A DNA stretch of 64,000 nucleotides from Candidatus Sericytochromatia bacterium. Its GTDB lineage: Bacteria; Cyanobacteriota; Sericytochromatia; S15B-MN24; JAQBPE01. Each line of letters opens with the position of its first letter. Position 1 is the stretch's first letter. Below, piece after piece: positions 18,657-27,365 of the stretch. A model generated the notes under the pieces. That model searched no databases. It was not told where the DNA came from and worked only from the letters and a program-made list of their open reading frames with translations. The stretch spans positions 1-64,000 of the forward strand of contig JAYKHR010000174.1 of assembly GCA_035285125.1 (NCBI GenBank), given 5' to 3'. Both the position numbers and the translations under genes were made by a program.

Positions 18657-20300
18657 ATGACGACGCTGCTCTTCCCTGGACGCCACCTGGTGAACACGCG
18701 CTTCCAGGAAGCCTGCCTGCTGGCCGTGCTGGGCCGGCCGCTCGCGGGGCTCCCGACGCTCGGCGGCCCCGCGCCGGGGGGGGCCGTGACGGACGTCGTC
18801 TTCGCCGTGACCTCCGCCAACCAGAGCCACTCCCGCTACAACCCCCTGCCCTTCCACGCCAGGGCCCTCGGCGTGGACCGCTTCGGGCGCCAGCTCCGAG
18901 AGGCCCTCGGCGTGCGCTACCGCATCGTGGGGGTGCCCCACTTCGACCCCACGGAGCGGTTCTGCGCCCACATCTTGAAGGCCATCGCCGAGGAGACGGA
19001 AGACGACCTGACGCTCTCGCCGACCGACACCGTCGTGGTGTGCTCGACGCCCGGCCTGATCGAGGAGTGGGCCGAGCTCGGCTTCTGCGTGCTGCCGGCC
19101 GAGTTCGCGGGGCCTGACCTGCCCCCGCTCGCGGAGCGTCCGATCGACCTGGTGAAACGCCTCGCTGAGTTCGGTGACGGCTGGAGCCAGGACCCCGGGC
19201 TGCGGCAAGCGCTGGCGCCGGCCTGGCTCTCGCTGTTCCTCGACTTCCCCGAGTTGCCCCGTCGCATCACGCGACTTTACCGCGACCCCCTGCTCACCGA
19301 CTCCGGCAGCCTCACGGAGACGCGAGATTACGGCACCTACGCGCGGGCCATGGACAGCATCATCGATCTCAAGTTCCAGGAAATCCGGCCGGGCCTGACG
19401 CCAGGCAAGATCGTCGATGAGGGCTGCGCCGACGGGGGCTTGCTGGCGCGCATTGCCCGCGATCACCCCGACTCGGACCTCATCGGCATCGACATTGCGG
19501 CCGAGTTCATCGCGCGCGCCCATGAGCGGATGCGAGCGGGGGAGTTCGGTGGCACGTTCGTGCACTTCCACCAGCGCAACCTGCTCACGCCCATCTTCCG
19601 GCCCGGCTCGATTGACACCACCATCTGCAACTCGACGCTACACGAGCTGTGGAGCTACGGCGAGGGTCGCTCGACGGTGGAGGCCTACCTCGCCGAGAAG
19701 TTCAGGCAGACGCGCGCCGGGGGCACGCTGGTGATCCGGGACGTGGTGGGCTTTGCCGAACGCGATCGGGAGGTCTGGATGGTCTGCGACGAGGCGGATG
19801 GCAGCAACGAAGAGCCGCTGCGGGACGTCTCGGGGGCGCAGGCCCTGGCAACCTACCTCGAGGGCCTCTCGACGCGGGCGCGCTTCCTCCGGTTCGCGCG
19901 AGACTTCCAGGCTGCCTTGCGGGCCCAGGGGCGCCGTGGCGACGAGACGCGCGTGCGCTACGAGGAGGCCACCGTGGGCGGACGCCCCGCCTTCAGGCTG
20001 CGGTTCCAGGATGGGGTCGAGTTCATGACCAAGATGACCTATGTCGACAACTGGGACAGCGAGATGAACGAGTCCTTCGCGTTCTGGGGCTTCGACGAGT
20101 GGAAGGAGGCCCTCCACCGCGCAGGCTTCCACGTGGTCGAGAGCTCCGTCGAGCCGACGCTCGGCTCGCGGGCCTACCTCAACGCCTGGCGGGTGGCCAA
20201 CGACTTCAAGGACAGGGTGCGCTTCTTCGCAGACGCGCAGGGGGAGCAGCCGCTGCCGCTGCCGCCGACGAACATGATCCTCATCGGCCGGAAGCCCTGA
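18657..20300 (+). CDS. Fusion of a nucleotidyltransferase-like N-terminal domain with a class I SAM methyltransferase
   Basis: GGAGG RBS. N-terminal FPGRH...FAVTSANQSHSRYNPLPFHAR resembles NMN-adenylyltransferase motifs. C-terminal IVDEGCADG, LIGIDIA, NSTLHELWSY. Confidence 0.7.
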   Translation: MTTLLFPGRHLVNTRFQEACLLAVLGRPLAGLPTLGGPAPGGAVTDVVFAVTSANQSHSRYNPLPFHARALGVDRFGRQLREALGVRYRIVGVPHFDPTERFCAHILKAIAEETEDDLTLSPTDTVVVCSTPGLIEEWAELGFCVLPAEFAGPDLPPLAERPIDLVKRLAEFGDGWSQDPGLRQALAPAWLSLFLDFPELPRRITRLYRDPLLTDSGSLTETRDYGTYARAMDSIIDLKFQEIRPGLTPGKIVDEGCADGGLLARIARDHPDSDLIGIDIAAEFIARAHERMRAGEFGGTFVHFHQRNLLTPIFRPGSIDTTICNSTLHELWSYGEGRSTVEAYLAEKFRQTRAGGTLVIRDVVGFAERDREVWMVCDEADGSNEEPLRDVSGAQALATYLEGLSTRARFLRFARDFQAALRAQGRRGDETRVRYEEATVGGRPAFRLRFQDGVEFMTKMTYVDNWDSEMNESFAFWGFDEWKEALHRAGFHVVESSVEPTLGSRAYLNAWRVANDFKDRVRFFADAQGEQPLPLPPTNMILIGRKP

Positions 20301-20390
20301 CCCGGCCGCGCCTGCGCCTGGCCGCGCGGGAACCTGTTACGATGGCGTGCGCAACGCCCGGGCCTCCCAGGCCCCTCAGAAAGGAATCCC

Positions 20391-20738
20391 ATGCCCGTCG
20401 AACTGTCCAGTGGCCTTGCCTACGACATCCTGCAACCCGGCGCCGATGACGCCCCCGTGGCCTCCCCCGGTCAGGTCGTCACCGTGCACTACACGGGGCG
20501 CCTCACAAATGGCACCGTGTTCGACTCCTCCCACTCGCGCAACCAGCCCTTCAGCTTCGGCCTGGGCCGGGGCGAGGTCATCCGTGGCTGGGACGAGGGG
20601 GTGGCCGGGATGAAGGTCGGCGAGACCCGCAAGCTGACGATCCCGCCCGAGCTCGGCTACGGTGCCCGGGGCGCCGGCGGCGTCATCCCCGCCAACGCCA
20701 CGCTGGAGTTCGACGTGGAACTGCTGGCGGTCCGCTGA
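20391..20738 (+). CDS. FKBP-type peptidyl-prolyl cis-trans isomerase
   Basis: VHYTGRL, FDSS, VIRGWDEG, IPPELGYG, IPANATLEFDVELL. Confidence 0.96.
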   Translation: MPVELSSGLAYDILQPGADDAPVASPGQVVTVHYTGRLTNGTVFDSSHSRNQPFSFGLGRGEVIRGWDEGVAGMKVGETRKLTIPPELGYGARGAGGVIPANATLEFDVELLAVR

Positions 20739-20755
20739 CCGCTCGGCGCAAGCTG

Positions 20756-20793
20756 ACAAGCCCCCGGACCATGTGGCCCGGGGGCTTGTTGTT
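20756..20793 (+). terminator. Intrinsic terminator
   Basis: Stem ACAAGCCCCCGG...CCGGGGGCTTGT followed by TGTT, between convergent genes. Confidence 0.75.
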
Positions 20794-20830
20794 GGGACCC
20801 GACCAGCGGCAGTTCGGGCTGCCGGGCTCG

Positions 20831-21172
20831 TCAGGGGAGAGGCAGCGCGTCGACCTTGGCCGCCAGGATGAAGTCGCTCTCCGACAGGCCGCGGATGGCG
20901 TGGGTCCAGACCTCGAGGTCCACGACGTTGTAGTGGATGGCGACGTCGGGGTGGTGGCCCTCGGCCTCGGCGAGCTCGCCGACCGCGTTGACCCAGGCCA
21001 GCGCGCCGCGGAAATCCGGGAAGGTGAACCGGCGCGTCAGGCGCGCTGGTTCACCGTCGGCAATGCGCCAGGCGGGCACCTGGCGCAGGAGCCCCGTCGC
21101 CGCCACGGGGTCCAGAGGGGGGACGTCTCCCGCACAGGGGATGCAACGCTTTTGCTTCAGGTCTTCGGTCAT
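20831..21172 (-). CDS. phhB: Pterin-4-alpha-carbinolamine dehydratase
   Basis: CIPC, FxFPDF, AEAEGHHPD, WTHAIRGLSESDFILAAKVD. Confidence 0.93.
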   Translation of the reverse strand: MTEDLKQKRCIPCAGDVPPLDPVAATGLLRQVPAWRIADGEPARLTRRFTFPDFRGALAWVNAVGELAEAEGHHPDVAIHYNVVDLEVWTHAIRGLSESDFILAAKVDALPLP

Positions 21173-21261
21173 GGGCGCCTCCGTGGGCTCAGCTTACACT
21201 GAGCAGAGGCCTGTCTCAACAGGGGCACGCGGCAACGCGCCAGCCCCGAGGTTCAAGGCCC

Positions 21262-22125
21262 TCAGCCGAAAGTGCGGAAGATCTCGTCGATCTTGCGCCC
21301 AGGCACGAAGGCCGCCATGGCTGCGGCGCTCCGGATGCCGTACTGGTCTGCGTACTGGCCGTTGCCCACGTACACGAACCAGTGGGGCCCATAGGCCAGG
21401 TTCGTCGAGGACGGGTCGGCGCCAGGCTTGCGGTTCACGTAGATGACGTCGCCCAACCGAACCTGGCCGGACTGGACGAGGTGGTCGAGGTGCTGAATGG
21501 GCTGCCAGCGGCCGACCCGGCTCACGGAGGAGGCGCCGAGGCTTCGCCCGCCCGCCTGGGCGACCATGGTCCAGGCGTAGCGGAAGCAGGCGCGGGGCAC
21601 CCCCTTGTGTCGGTTGTTCACGGCACCCATCAGCCTCGCCCGGAGCCCCGAGCTGTCGGAGGGGGGCGTCACCCGGGCATCGGCCACCGGCGGTGGAGCG
21701 CTTCCCGGGGACAGCAGCGCCCAGGTGCGCGGCCCCACGATGCCGTCCACGGCCAGGCCGTGCCGGTGCTGAAGGGCCCTGACGGCCGCCTCGGTTCGAG
21801 GCCCGAACACGCCGTCGACCCCACCGGGATCGAGGCCGCGGGCGCGGAGCAGCTGCTGAAGCTGCCGGACGCTGCCACCCGCATCCCCATCGCGCAGCAG
21901 GACCCCACGGTTGGTGGCGCCTCCCGTCGGCTCGGGGTCGAGCGACGTCGGCAGGGAGCCCCCGGGGGCGCCCGCCTCGAGATCATCCAGGCTTCGGGGG
22001 CGGCTGGGGAACAGGTCGACGCTCCAGGCCGCCGCGGCGGGATTCTGAGCGGGCGCCTGGGGGCCGCTGGCCCCGGTGGGCGCAGCCTGGCGGGAACGAA
22101 CGGTGGCGTCGAACTGCACGGACAC
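21262..22125 (-). CDS. Peptidoglycan-binding (PG_binding_1) protein with putative C-terminal papain-like/NlpC-type domain
   Basis: LRDGDAG.SVRQLQQLL, DGVFGPRTEAAVRALQ, VDGIVGPRTW. C-terminal ACFRYA...GDVIY...HWFVYVGNG. Start uncertain (GTG 22125 or 22155). Confidence 0.78.
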   Translation of the reverse strand: MSVQFDATVRSRQAAPTGASGPQAPAQNPAAAAWSVDLFPSRPRSLDDLEAGAPGGSLPTSLDPEPTGGATNRGVLLRDGDAGGSVRQLQQLLRARGLDPGGVDGVFGPRTEAAVRALQHRHGLAVDGIVGPRTWALLSPGSAPPPVADARVTPPSDSSGLRARLMGAVNNRHKGVPRACFRYAWTMVAQAGGRSLGASSVSRVGRWQPIQHLDHLVQSGQVRLGDVIYVNRKPGADPSSTNLAYGPHWFVYVGNGQYADQYGIRSAAAMAAFVPGRKIDEIFRTFG

Positions 22126-22262
22126 GGGCAGGGACCCTTTCTGAGGGCTTGGCACACGGGAACTGCCTTCCTTGTCGCCGAGAAACGGTCCAAGCCGGAT
22201 ATAAAAAGAGTTAAGCTTTGGCTATTGTCAGGTTAAGCCTCGCCGGACCGCCCGGTGGCCCC

Positions 22263-23795
22263 TCAGGGGGCCGCCTTCGCTCCCACCTCTGCCAGCAGGT
22301 GACGCGCAGCCCGGTCTGCCAGGGCTGCGATGGTGATCTGCGGGTTCACGCCGAGGGACGTCGGGCAGAGGCTGCCGTCTGCGACCCAGAGGTTGCGCGT
22401 GCCGTGGACGCGGCCGAAGGAGTCTGTGACGCCTCGGGCCGGGTCTGCCGACATCGCGGCGGTGCCCATCTGGTGGGCGGAAAACAGCGCCAGACGGTTG
22501 GGCGCCAGCGACAGCCCGGCCAGGGCCGCCTCGACCTGCCCGGGCGAGGCGCCGCGGGGAATGGGCGGCACCGCTGCCGCCGGCACGTGGACCTCTCGGG
22601 CCCCGGCGGCGAGGTACAGCGCGACGAGCTCGCGCAGGCCGCGGCGGAAGTGCTGCTGGTCGTTGGGGTGCAGCGCGTAGTCCACGCGGGCCGGGTCCTC
22701 GCCGTCCACGTGCACCCGGCCACGGCCCTCGTCGTGCACCAGCACGATGCCCGCCGTCAGACGCGTGTAGTCCTTCATCACGCGCTGGGCGGCCTCCCCG
22801 GCGCGCAGCATCGTGGAGGCGGCGAGGGCCGGGTAGGCGAAGACTGACTCCAGCACGTACCCGCCCTGCGAGTCATCGGCGTAGGCGCCGTAGTGGATGC
22901 CCTCGAAGCCCCTGACCTCATGGTCGAACACGGCCACCACGGCCGAGGTCGGGTGCAGCGCGAGGTTCTCGCCCAGGCGGGGAGAGGTGACGCCTGCCAG
23001 CCGCAGCAGGGGCGGCGTGCCCAGGGCGCCGGCCGCCACGGCCACGTGGCGCGCCCGCACGCGCAACGGGTGGCGTCGGCCCGTGGCCGGGTCCGTTACA
23101 TGGCCCGTCACGGCCCGCACCTCGTCCCCCACCCGCTCGAAGCCCGTGGCTTCAGCACTGGCGAGCAGCCGTGCCCCGCGCCGGATAGCGCGGGGCACGT
23201 ACGTCACGAGCATGCTCTGCTTGCGGTCGTAGGCGCACCCCAGCGTGCAGAACCCGCTGCCCAGGCAGGCCGTGCGGCTGTGCTCGAAGCGGTCGGCCTT
23301 CAGGCCCAGGGCCGTCGCGCCCTTCAAGAACAGGCGGCTGTTCTCGTTGAGCTCCTCCGGCAGCATTCTTTGGACGTTCAGCACGTGGCGGACCTTGGCG
23401 AGGCTCGGGGCCAGCGCGGCTTGCCGGATGTCCTCCACGCCGTGCGCGTCTGCCCAGCGGTCAAGGACGGCTGCCGGGGGATCGAAGCAGATGGCCCAGT
23501 TGATGGTGGTGCCGCCTCCCACGCAGCTGCCGTGCAGGAGCACGATGCCGCCATCCGAGGTCGTCCGGCCGCCCCCCTGCTCGAAGAGCCGGGGCATCAT
23601 CGTTTCCTCGTCCTGCGTGAAGTCCCGGCGCGTGTAGAGGCCCCCCTTCTCGAGCAGCACGACGCGCAACCCGGCCTCGGCCAGCTCGCTCGCGAAGACG
23701 GCGCCGCCGGCCCCCGTGCCGATGACGCAGGCGTCCGCCTCTACATCGACGGGCCCCTCGTAGGCGACGGGCTCGTAGGGCAGCCAGTCAGCCAT
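22263..23795 (-). CDS. GMC family oxidoreductase
   Basis: VIGTGAGG, VGGGTTIN, C..SGFC..GC....KQS, AGALGTP, SAHQMGT, LGVNPQITI. Confidence 0.92.
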   Translation of the reverse strand: MADWLPYEPVAYEGPVDVEADACVIGTGAGGAVFASELAEAGLRVVLLEKGGLYTRRDFTQDEETMMPRLFEQGGGRTTSDGGIVLLHGSCVGGGTTINWAICFDPPAAVLDRWADAHGVEDIRQAALAPSLAKVRHVLNVQRMLPEELNENSRLFLKGATALGLKADRFEHSRTACLGSGFCTLGCAYDRKQSMLVTYVPRAIRRGARLLASAEATGFERVGDEVRAVTGHVTDPATGRRHPLRVRARHVAVAAGALGTPPLLRLAGVTSPRLGENLALHPTSAVVAVFDHEVRGFEGIHYGAYADDSQGGYVLESVFAYPALAASTMLRAGEAAQRVMKDYTRLTAGIVLVHDEGRGRVHVDGEDPARVDYALHPNDQQHFRRGLRELVALYLAAGAREVHVPAAAVPPIPRGASPGQVEAALAGLSLAPNRLALFSAHQMGTAAMSADPARGVTDSFGRVHGTRNLWVADGSLCPTSLGVNPQITIAALADRAARHLLAEVGAKAAP

Positions 23796-24393
23796 CAGCA
23801 GCACCCTTTCGTGCCTCGAACGGGGTGTCCCAATTCGGGTTCGGGTTTGCCGCCAGGGGCCTCTCGTGGCGCAACCCCACCCCCACGTCCAGCCGGCCGT
23901 GCCACGGACCCGGGTAGCCGATGCCCGGCCAGGTGGCGGGGCTCATGTACGTCAGGGTGCCCGTGAGCCGAACGAGCCCGGCCCACAGCTGGTCGGACTG
24001 CGAGAACCCGGCATCACGCCAGCCGAAGAGGTAGCGGCGGCGGCCTGCGTCGTCCAGGCCCGCCAGGCCGCCAAGGCTCCCGCCCAGGAAGGCGAGCCGA
24101 TCGAGGGCCCCGAGCATCCTGCGCACGTCCGCCTGCATCGCGTTGGGCGCCAGGGCCAGCAGCCGCGCGGCCCGCTGGGCGATGCCGGCCCCTTCTGCCC
24201 CGGCCAGGCCCTCGACGGCCGGCCAGAGGGTGCGGCCGGCGAGCGCGAGGGTCTCCAGCTGCGCCTCCGACACCGCGGCGCCTGCCGCAGGCGGCGGGGC
24301 GGCGCAGGCGGCGAGCGGCAGCGTCACGGCAAGGCCGACCGAGCCCCGCAGGAAGGCTCGGCGGCTGAGGCCAGGCCCCGTCACCAGGGACAC
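23788..24393 (-). CDS. Tat-signal lipoprotein, probable small subunit of the GMC oxidoreductase
   Basis: SRRAFL twin-arginine motif plus LAAC lipobox. C-terminal W.GIGYPGP. Overlaps the GMC start. Confidence 0.7.
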   Translation of the reverse strand: MSLVTGPGLSRRAFLRGSVGLAVTLPLAACAAPPPAAGAAVSEAQLETLALAGRTLWPAVEGLAGAEGAGIAQRAARLLALAPNAMQADVRRMLGALDRLAFLGGSLGGLAGLDDAGRRRYLFGWRDAGFSQSDQLWAGLVRLTGTLTYMSPATWPGIGYPGPWHGRLDVGVGLRHERPLAANPNPNWDTPFEARKGAADG

Positions 24394-25790
24394 GGCGAGT
24401 AGTCCTTCAGGAACACGCCGAAGTAGGGGGTCTCGGGGCGGTTCAGGCCGAAGGCGACGGGGTGGTAGATGCGGGCCATCCCGTCGATGATGTCGAGGGG
24501 CGGGAAGAAGCCGCGCTCCGCCTGCCCCCTCTCCCGCTTGGGCGCGGGGTTCTCGTCCGTGACCCAGCCGGTGTCCACGCTCGTCATGTAGATGCCGTCC
24601 CGCGCGAAGTCCTCACCCGAGGTGCGCGTCATCATGTTCAGCGCGGCCTTCGCCATGTTGGTGTGGGGGTGGTAGATGGTCTTGTGGCGGCTGAACTGCC
24701 CCTCCATCGCCGAGACGTTCACGATGAAGCGCCGCGGGTGCGGCGAGCGCGTCAACAGGGGGCGCAGCCTGGCGTTCAGGACGAAGGGCGCGATCTGGTT
24801 GACGAGCTGGACCTCCAGCATCTCGGGCGCCCCCACCTCGTCGAGCCTGAGCAGCCAGCTGTTGCGGTCGCGGCTGTCGGCACGCTCCTCGTTGTCATGG
24901 AGCCGGTCCGCTGGCAGCACGTCGGTGGCCCCTGCCACGGCGACGCCCGTCTGGGGCAAATCCGGCTCCCCCGCTGCCAGCGTCTGGACCAGCGCCTGGG
25001 GCGCCTCCATCCGCACCAGCCTGCGCGCCGCCTCTGGCACTGCGAGCGCGGGCTGGGCCTCCTGAGCGGCCAGTTCCCGGTAGAAGCCTGCCGGGCGCCG
25101 GATGGTCTGCGCCGCGTTGTGAACGAGGATGTCGAGGTGGGGCTCGGTGTCCAGCAGGTGCTGCGCGAAGGCCTCGACCGCCGGCAGGTTGCGCAGATCG
25201 AGGCCGAAGATTTCCAGCCGGTGCAGCCACGCCCCGCTGTCCGCCTCCGCATGAAGGCGCTTGGCGGCGGCGTGGGGGAAGCGCGTCACGACCAGCACCC
25301 GGGCGCCGTCCCGCAGCAGCCTCAGCACCATCTCGTGGCCGATCTTCACCCGCCCCCCCGTCACGAGGGCGGTGCGGCCAGCGAGGTCGGCGTGCAACTC
25401 CCGCATCTCGAAGTTGAACGCCGCGCAGTCCGGGCACAGCAGGTGGTAGAAGGCGTGCAGGTCCACAAAAGGCTGCTTGCAGACGTAGCACGTCTCGGGC
25501 TCGTGCAGGCGCCGCGTGGAGGCCGGCTGCGCCGAGGGGAGCGCCAGGTTCGCGTGCTTGGCATCCCGCTGGATCTGGACCATCGACGTGGTGGCCTTCA
25601 GCGCGCGGTCGGCATCCACCTTCTCGCGCTTCTCGGTGCGGGTGTCATGCTTTTTGGCCTCCCGGTAGACCTTGGCCACCAGGGCGCTGAGGCGGTGTTC
25701 CCGGGGGAACACCGTGCGCGTGTCTGCCAGGTGCTGCAGCACCCTCAGGCAGATCTCGAGATCGTCAGGGGAGAGGTCTTGGTCAGCCAT
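24381..25790 (-). CDS. SDR family oxidoreductase with N-terminal zinc-ribbon
   Basis: CYVCK...HxFYHxLCPDC, TGGRVKIG, HNAAQT, VSAMEGQF, HPHTNMAKAALNM, VDTGW. Confidence 0.88.
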   Translation of the reverse strand: MADQDLSPDDLEICLRVLQHLADTRTVFPREHRLSALVAKVYREAKKHDTRTEKREKVDADRALKATTSMVQIQRDAKHANLALPSAQPASTRRLHEPETCYVCKQPFVDLHAFYHLLCPDCAAFNFEMRELHADLAGRTALVTGGRVKIGHEMVLRLLRDGARVLVVTRFPHAAAKRLHAEADSGAWLHRLEIFGLDLRNLPAVEAFAQHLLDTEPHLDILVHNAAQTIRRPAGFYRELAAQEAQPALAVPEAARRLVRMEAPQALVQTLAAGEPDLPQTGVAVAGATDVLPADRLHDNEERADSRDRNSWLLRLDEVGAPEMLEVQLVNQIAPFVLNARLRPLLTRSPHPRRFIVNVSAMEGQFSRHKTIYHPHTNMAKAALNMMTRTSGEDFARDGIYMTSVDTGWVTDENPAPKRERGQAERGFFPPLDIIDGMARIYHPVAFGLNRPETPYFGVFLKDYSPCPW

Positions 25791-25841
25791 TCGACGCGCC
25801 GGAGGTAGGGGAGGCTGCCAGTATACCCGTTGCATCGCCCC

Positions 25842-25878
25842 AAAAGGAACGCCGGCGCCCCCAGGGGGGCGCCGGCGT
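25842..25878 (-). terminator. Intrinsic terminator
   Basis: 14-bp inverted repeat ACGCCGGCGCCCCC/GGGGGCGCCGGCGT followed on the minus strand by TCCTTTT. Confidence 0.8.
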
Positions 25879-25965
25879 CAAGCCCTTTGCCTCCGAAAGG
25901 AAAGGACTGGTGGGGCCGCGCTTTACCATCCCTGTCGGGACCGAAAACCCGTCTCACCCACCACC
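25842..25965 (-). ncRNA. Candidate structured small RNA (unclassified)
   Basis: Intergenic. Helix UGGUGGG/CCCACCA enclosing a UUCG hairpin, a second hairpin with G-U pairs, and a strong terminator. Extended -10-like TGGCACACT just upstream. Confidence 0.45.
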
Positions 25966-26011
25966 TGAAGTGTGCCACCACGGGGCGCCGACGCCAACGG
26001 GCGACCAGCTT

Positions 26012-27286
26012 CTAAACCCTGGGCGAGAAGCGCGCGTGGATGTCCACGAAGGTGCGGAGGGCCGAGCTGCTGATGAGGTTCATCTCCACCAGCACCGCGT
26101 CGAGCGGGGTCTTGCTCTCTTCTGCGCGATCGAGCGCCGCGTTGAGGGCGCTCGGACGGATGACGTTGTGCTCGAGCAGGAACAGCGCCAGCGACTTCGG
26201 CTCATTCACCTTCGGGTTCAAGCGACGCCCCAGCGCCATCACGAAGCGCAGCTGTTCCGCGGTCACGTAACCCATCTCCACGGCCACCTGCCCCAGGGCC
26301 GAGGTCTGCCCGTTGTCCTTGCGCCGGGCCTGCTCGTTGTTGATCTTCGCGTACTCTTCCTCGGTGACGAAGTCGCCGTTGAGCAGGATGAGCCCCTGTA
26401 CCGAGGCGGAGTGGATGCGCGTCCGGCGGTCGATCGCCTCCCCGTCGGCGCCAACGCCCAGAGCCGCCTCGGCCCGCCGGCGGGCCGAGGCGGAGCCGCT
26501 CTCGGCCGAGGGCGTCAGGGTTGCGTCCGGGGAAGGCGCCTGGGTGGGCGCCCCGTCGCCCACGGGAGGCTCGGGAGCTGGCGCCCTTTCACCGGGCTGG
26601 GGCTCCACCGCGGAGGCCGGGGGTTCCCCGCCACCCGCGCCCCGTGCTTCCGCGGCCATCGTGGTGGCGACCGGCTCTGGGGCTGGCGCCGCGACGCCTT
26701 CGGCGGGGGGGGGGCCGGCCTCGGCCGTCCGCTGCTGCGCCGCCTCCGTCGCCTCCTCGTTGGCCTCAGGGGGCTTGGGCTTCTCGGTCACAAGCCGCTT
26801 CACGACCAGCGGCCTGACCTGCTCGGCACCCTGGCCCAGGGCCGCCACGAGCGCCCCGACATCCACCGCCACGGGCACGTCGGGCCACAGCCACCAGCAG
26901 CCGCCTTCGATGGCCACCGGGCTCGTCAGCCGTGTGTTGGACAGGCCCGGCAGGAACGAGGCGGGGACAGCGAGGGCGACGCCTCCCGCGAGCTCGAAGC
27001 ACCAGCGCCCGCCCGCGAGGGGCATGACCCGCACGGCCCGGGCCTTGGAGAACGGCTCTCCGGCGGGAGCCGACGCCCCCCAGTCGGAGAGCAGCTCGGG
27101 GCGTCGCGCCTGCAGGGCCTGGACCGCGTCTCGGGCGGGCCCTGGCGGGAAAGAATCGGGGGTCGGCTCGGGGAACAGCCGCACGCGCATCGAGCGGCCC
27201 GCGACCCACACGAGGGCCTCCGCGGGGTGGGTGCCCGGGTTCAGCAGGATCAGAGCATCGGAGGGAGGGGTGCTGGTCGTGCCCAC
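26012..27286 (-). CDS. Hypothetical protein: DUF4160/DUF2442-like N-terminus, Pro/Ala/Glu linker, C-terminal MshEN-like repeats
   Basis: AGAGG RBS before GTG 27286. C-terminal repeats such as ALGQVAVEMGYVTAEQL and PLDAVLVEMNLISSSAL. Confidence 0.7.
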   Translation of the reverse strand: MGTTSTPPSDALILLNPGTHPAEALVWVAGRSMRVRLFPEPTPDSFPPGPARDAVQALQARRPELLSDWGASAPAGEPFSKARAVRVMPLAGGRWCFELAGGVALAVPASFLPGLSNTRLTSPVAIEGGCWWLWPDVPVAVDVGALVAALGQGAEQVRPLVVKRLVTEKPKPPEANEEATEAAQQRTAEAGPPPAEGVAAPAPEPVATTMAAEARGAGGGEPPASAVEPQPGERAPAPEPPVGDGAPTQAPSPDATLTPSAESGSASARRRAEAALGVGADGEAIDRRTRIHSASVQGLILLNGDFVTEEEYAKINNEQARRKDNGQTSALGQVAVEMGYVTAEQLRFVMALGRRLNPKVNEPKSLALFLLEHNVIRPSALNAALDRAEESKTPLDAVLVEMNLISSSALRTFVDIHARFSPRV

Positions 27287-27365
27287 GTCTTGCCTCTCGG
27301 AAGCCCTCGGTCCGGCGCCGACGGCGTTGCTTCCAGGCTGCTTATACCAAGGTCCCCGGGGTCTC

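Noticed and set aside
25900..25965. CCACCA-ending helix suggesting a tRNA or tmRNA
   Set aside because: No T-arm (GTTCRA) and no cloverleaf. Kept only as an unclassified sRNA candidate.
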